DNA of 64,000 nt from Octopus vulgaris (Eukaryota), in the NCBI GenBank assembly GCA_951406725.2, contig OX597834.1:41850001-41914000 (forward strand). The letters are read 5' to 3'. This document shows positions 59,319 to 64,000 of this stretch, piece after piece. Positions within the stretch are counted from its first letter, which is position 1, and each line of letters begins with the position of its first letter. The position numbers were made by a program, and so were the translations under genes. A model generated the notes under the pieces. The model ran no database searches. It worked only from the letters and a program-made list of their open reading frames with translations, and had not been told where the DNA came from.

Positions 59319-60491
59319 ATGGCATATTATAAAAATGCAGAATCTACCCAATCTGACGAAGAACTATATCCTAATATCCCAGGTTATGCAACTGATACAA
59401 ATATCTCAGAAGATAAACGTGATCGTTTTCCGTCTCCTGTCAGACGAAGCGAAAGGCTCAAAAAGTCATATGAAGATTCCCTAAAACATAGCAGTGACAG
59501 GAGGCGAAATGTAGGTAGAAACGAAGATATAATAAATAGAAAAAATGCTCAATCTAACGAAGAACTGTATCCTAATAGCCCAGGTAAAGCAACTGGTATA
59601 AATCTCTATCCAAATCTCTCAGAAGGTAAAAATGAACATTCCCAAAGCGAATGTTTCCCAAAATATAACAGTGAGAGACAAAGGCGGCCAAACATAGGTG
59701 GGAATGAAGGCATAAGAAATAAAAATATAAGAAATAACATTAACACAGTTTGTTTTCAGTCTAGAGAAAGTGCTGAACCTCATAAAAATAATAGTATGTG
59801 GATTTTTGGCTTAATCACTCTGATTCTACTTTCTTTAGGAATGCTTTTGGGTTTGTCTAAAGGAGGCCAAAAAGAAGATGTTACAAATATAAATTTTGGC
59901 AATCTAAAAGGCAAATTTAGAACCCAGTCGAATCGTGTTTGGGCTATCCTGAAAGCCAGTACGAACCACATCATAGCAGCAGAAGAGCCTGATAGACCAG
60001 CTGTGATTATGATGGTTTTACCAAACAAAGAATCTCAACTTATGGCACTTTGTCTAGCTCAACACTTGTCACATGATCTCAACAAAATTCTTAAGGGGCA
60101 ACCCACAGCAGCTGTTTCATACCCTTTTGTTAACGGTACCAATTTTATAAACTATGAAATTAGTGATCAAAAATTAAAACTGGATAATTCCATACAAGAT
60201 ATTATTAAACAATGGAAATCTGTGATAATTACTAACTTGGAGAAGTTTCACAGCCAAACTGTGATGCTTTTCCATGGCCTTTGTGACACAACTGAAGCTG
60301 AGCACAAACGGATTGCTATTATATTTCTACTGGAGTCTCCTTATGCAATAAAAAGTGAAGAAGAGCTAGCATTATATTTAGAGAGTTTGTGGAGTGACAT
60401 GAACCGTATTAAAATTAAACCTCTTCTTTCACGGATTGCCAACAATGTAATATTTTTGAACCAAGATAAAAGTTTTACAAACTGTTTGTAA
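59319..60491 (+). CDS. TOR1AIP1: Torsin-1A-interacting protein (LAP1/LULL1-like), 390 aa, single-exon CDS
   Basis: The only long ORF in the window. Hydrophilic N-terminus, one transmembrane segment (WIFGLITLILLSLGMLLGL), then a LAP1C-type luminal domain (F.xQ...W, P.rPAV, FHGLCDxxxA.+K..AII, terminal LSRI arginine-finger motif). TOR1AIP1 versus TOR1AIP2 orthology cannot be resolved. Confidence 0.88.
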   Translation: MAYYKNAESTQSDEELYPNIPGYATDTNISEDKRDRFPSPVRRSERLKKSYEDSLKHSSDRRRNVGRNEDIINRKNAQSNEELYPNSPGKATGINLYPNLSEGKNEHSQSECFPKYNSERQRRPNIGGNEGIRNKNIRNNINTVCFQSRESAEPHKNNSMWIFGLITLILLSLGMLLGLSKGGQKEDVTNINFGNLKGKFRTQSNRVWAILKASTNHIIAAEEPDRPAVIMMVLPNKESQLMALCLAQHLSHDLNKILKGQPTAAVSYPFVNGTNFINYEISDQKLKLDNSIQDIIKQWKSVIITNLEKFHSQTVMLFHGLCDTTEAEHKRIAIIFLLESPYAIKSEEELALYLESLWSDMNRIKIKPLLSRIANNVIFLNQDKSFTNCL

Positions 60492-60515
60492 TTGCTGTTA
60501 TCCTAATATGTAAGC

Positions 60516-60521
60516 AATAAA
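60516..60521 (+). terminator. Candidate polyadenylation signal (AATAAA) of the TOR1AIP-like gene
   Basis: AATAAA 25 nt after the stop codon, followed by T-rich sequence. Confidence 0.5.
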
Positions 60522-60565
60522 CATATATATGAAAACATGTAAATTGTAAATTATGTATGTATATA

Positions 60566-61330
60566 TATTGGGTCATCCCATAAATAATGTGATTTTTTTA
60601 TATTATTATTATGCTTTAATTTTTCAAAATTAAGATTAAAGTTCTTTTTCCATCTAAATTATAGTTTCCTTTATTTTCTTCAATGTTCTGCCATCTGTCT
60701 GGTAGACTTTCAAGGCTCCTCTTCCAAAATTCATTTGTCTGTAAGGGAAAGTACTCCTCCAGTTCTATTCTGACTTTGTCTACAGATTTCATTTGAAGAC
60801 TGCAGAATAAATGATAATCAGATGGGGCAATGTGCAGCGTATGTGGTGGGTGGGGCATTGTTTCCTATTCAAACTGCTCCAGCCTTTGGAATGTCATCCT
60901 CACTGTATGTGGCTGAGCATTATCCTAATGGAAGAACACCTTTTGTCTTAAAACCAAACCTGGTTGTTTTTCTTTTTCTAAGAACTGACTTAAGCCACTG
61001 CAGCTGCTCGCATTAGATCTCATTTGTTATTGATTGGCTTGGGTTTAAAAGTTCAAAGTGGACTAAACCTTCCATATCCCACCAAACAGATAACACTTTA
61101 CATGGGTGAAGGCCTTCTTCAGCCTCGGTTGCCTGTGTTTCTCCTTTCCCTGCCCACTGTCTTCGGCACTTGACATTTTTATTGAGAACCCATTTCTCGT
61201 CACTATTCAGCCCAAAAGGGTTCATTCGTGAGATGTTGCAGCAAGGAAGAGCTCACATTCACTCTCTGCGTGTGATTAGACTCGGAAAGTTTGTGAGGAA
61301 CCCATTGACCCAATTTGCTGACTTTTCCAC
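60566..61330 (-). mobile_element. Decayed mariner transposon (transposase pseudogene)
   Basis: Frameshifted fragments DEKWVL..N.K.RRQW, LSVWWDMEGLVHFELL and PHPP...IAPSDYHLF.SL (YSPDLAPSDY motif); TA plus a ttgggtcatccca terminus at 60566. Confidence 0.88.
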
Positions 61331-61539
61331 TCACATGCAGGTGTCAGTGAAGCGATTTAGGCAGACAGAAGTCATATGCAGACGCAGTACAAACTGCAGT
61401 GGTTGAGCAACAACATTTTTTTAAGTGTGACACAGGAAATAGTGCAATGGTTGTCATGGCTACGGACAAAGGTGAGTTACGTACCCTTGCACACAAGACT
61501 GCCATAATTGATGGACCCCTGTTGGCTACCACTTCCACC

Positions 61540-61670
61540 AAACCACCCATCACACCAACATCATTTTTACTAATGAATATAAGAGGCCTGCTACAGAAAA
61601 ACAGCAAATGCAAAACTGAGCACCTGAAGAATCTTTCTGCATGCAATCAAGCTTTATGCATTGCACTGGA
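61540..61670 (+). mobile_element. LINE AP-endonuclease N-terminal fragment
   Basis: SFLLMNIRGL....SK.K...L......IAL resembles the start of an APE domain. Confidence 0.5.
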
Positions 61671-64000
61671 CCTTAGTTTTTGGAATGTTTTGCACAGTTC
61701 AGGAACAAGTTTTCTTGAGATTATCCTCTCATATACACGTCCTCTGATCTTTGGTGCTGAGGGTTTTCGTGGTCTAATGGTTGATCTTTGACTCGTAGCA
61801 GATGGCTATTATTTGAGACACATTGCTTTGAAAGTGTGTTTGTAACTGATATCACACAATATCACTTTGGAATTTGTACTTGCTCTGTTTAGGGTTGGCA
61901 CAAAACTGAAATGCAAGGACATTTGTAAGCATTCTTGCTGAAGATTCTAAGGTATTTTACTCTTTTATTTGTTTCAGTCATTTGACTGTGGCCATACTGG
62001 AGCACCACCTTTAGTTGAGCAAATCAGCCCCAGGGCTTATTCTGTGTAAGCCTAGTACTTATTCTATCGGTCTCTCTTGCTGAACTGCTAAGCGATGGGG
62101 ACGTAAACACACCACCATCAGTTGTCAAGCGATGTTGGGGGGGACAAACATATACATACATACATATATATATATATATACGGTGGGCTTTCAGTTTCCG
62201 TCTACCAAATCCATTCACAAGACTTTGGTCGGCCCGAGGCTATATAGTAGAAAACACTTGCCCAAGGTGCCATGCAGTGGGACTGAACCCAGAACCATGT
62301 GGTTGGTAAGCAAGCTACTTACCACACTGCGCCTAAGTTTGCAAATTTAACTTTAAAAAAAAAAGAAAATGAAAATCGTCTTTAATTTGGTCAGACATAA
62401 TGTTATTCTCACCTCAGTGAAAGAAAGATCTCAACCACTTCACTTGGCAAGCTTACTTATCAATTCTTTGGGAGAGAATTGCATCCTTTCTGTATGAGGA
62501 GTTTAACAAGGAGACTCACTTGGTTCTGTACTATTTTGCCCTGAGCATCGATGATATATTTAGGCTGAATTCCGACTTAAATTTGAACTCCTGCTTGTTT
62601 GGGAGAGATAGGATCTTTACTAGAACGAAGTTAATGACAAATGACCTTAGTTGCAGTGGTCTTGATGTGAATGTTTCCAAATATATTTCATTTCATAAAA
62701 TGTGGCATGTTAAAAGCACCATCTGTACGTGGCCGATGCCAGAGCCGCCTTGACTGGTTTCCGTGCTGGACCGATCTTGGCCGTTGCCAGCCTACCCTGG
62801 CACCTGTGCCGGTGGCGCGTAAAAAGCACCCACTACACTCACTGAGTGGTTGGCGTTAGGAAGGGCATCTAGCTGTAGAAACATTGCTAGATCAGACTGG
62901 AGCTTGGTGCAGCCTCATGGCTTCCCAGATCCCCGGTCGAACCGTCCAACCCATGCTACCATGGAAAACGGACGTTAAACGATGATGATGATGATGATTC
63001 CATCATAGCTGAACATCCAATGACGCTCTAGCCACTGACCGCTATGATACTTGCATAGTGCAGTGTTGGTTATGATGATGGTAGCAAGGATGAGGAGCAA
63101 TCAGAATGTTATCTTTCCGAATATAAAATATGGAGTTACTTCCCCTGACACTTTATTGTTTAAGCTTCCTCAAATAATTCTCTTGATTTCCTGCTCTGCG
63201 TTTGTCAGCTTCAGTTTAGATTTATCTAAAGAAACAGATCCCAGCATTTTTTGTTACGTTTTCCTGTTAATGTAAATCAACGTTCACCATAAAGTCTAAA
63301 AACCATTCTTGGAAGCAGTCATGACTTAAGTTCTGACAACTTCACCACATTCTGCCACTTCCCTATTCGCTCTTACCTCCTCCCACTCCTCACGAAGCAC
63401 TGAGCAGATAACATCCTCCTCAAATGTAAGTAATTATTAATATAATGTAGTTCGAATGACGTCGTCTACTCATACCGAAGGATTGCCTATTTATTTGTGT
63501 TAATTTTTTAAAGCTGAAACAATGCAAATTACATATTAAAAAAGGCTTCTACTTGAGAACAGTGGTTCCGTCCCGGTGCACGCACTCTCGTACTCGCGCA
63601 TCCGCGCTAGCTAGTCATGACTAGTCGATCCTTTGAGTTTTTGTGTGTTATTTACTTTGTTTAAAAAATTATTTACTTTGTGTAAAAAAATTATTTTGTG
63701 TTTTTGTGTCTCATTACTTTGCTAGGTAGTCGTTGTAGGATCGACTAGTCACGACTAGCTAGCGCGGATGCGCGACTATGCGAGTGCGCGCACCGAGACC
63801 ACTGTTCTCAAGTAGTACCGACATTGGCGATCCTTACATCGAAGGGTCGCCTCGACATTGCTGGCATAATTTCGTTATATCTATACTCCACGACCCACGG
63901 AAACACCTGAAGTGAAATGTTTTGATTTTTGTCGAGTTATATCGAAAGAATGCCGTGCTATTATCTGGTATTTTCTAAAGAATTTGTTCCAATATTGAAA

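Overview
AT-rich, intron-rich animal genomic DNA saturated with SINEs, MITEs and microsatellites; the repeat families and overall style point to an octopus or other coleoid cephalopod (inference). I reconstructed three protein-coding genes by hand from splice sites and reading phases. (1) The 3' part of alpha-tubulin N-acetyltransferase ATAT1/MEC-17 (+, exons from 1053 to the stop at 20295; 5' exons lie upstream of the window). (2) A complete 5-exon calcium channel flower homolog CACFD1/fwe (-, 54527 to 33258, 183 aa), convergent with ATAT1. (3) A torsin-1A-interacting protein (LAP1/LULL1-like) with an intronless CDS (+, 59319..60491), divergent from flower. Nearly all other ORFs in the track are repeat or microsatellite artefacts. 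Mobile DNA includes tRNA-derived SINE families, RTE/CR1/REL-type LINE fragments, a decayed mariner, hAT, piggyBac and mariner MITEs, and non-autonomous Helitrons. The most notable unexplained signals are a candidate type I hammerhead ribozyme and a 54-bp near-perfect hairpin in ATAT1 introns, repeated LYPx(L/I) motifs in the duplicated N-terminus of the LAP1-like protein, inverted SINE pairs next to flower exon 3 and in its probable 3' UTR, and a recurrent SINE junction at GGTA. I found no CRISPR array or prokaryotic system, and nothing that I can call a demonstrated new system.
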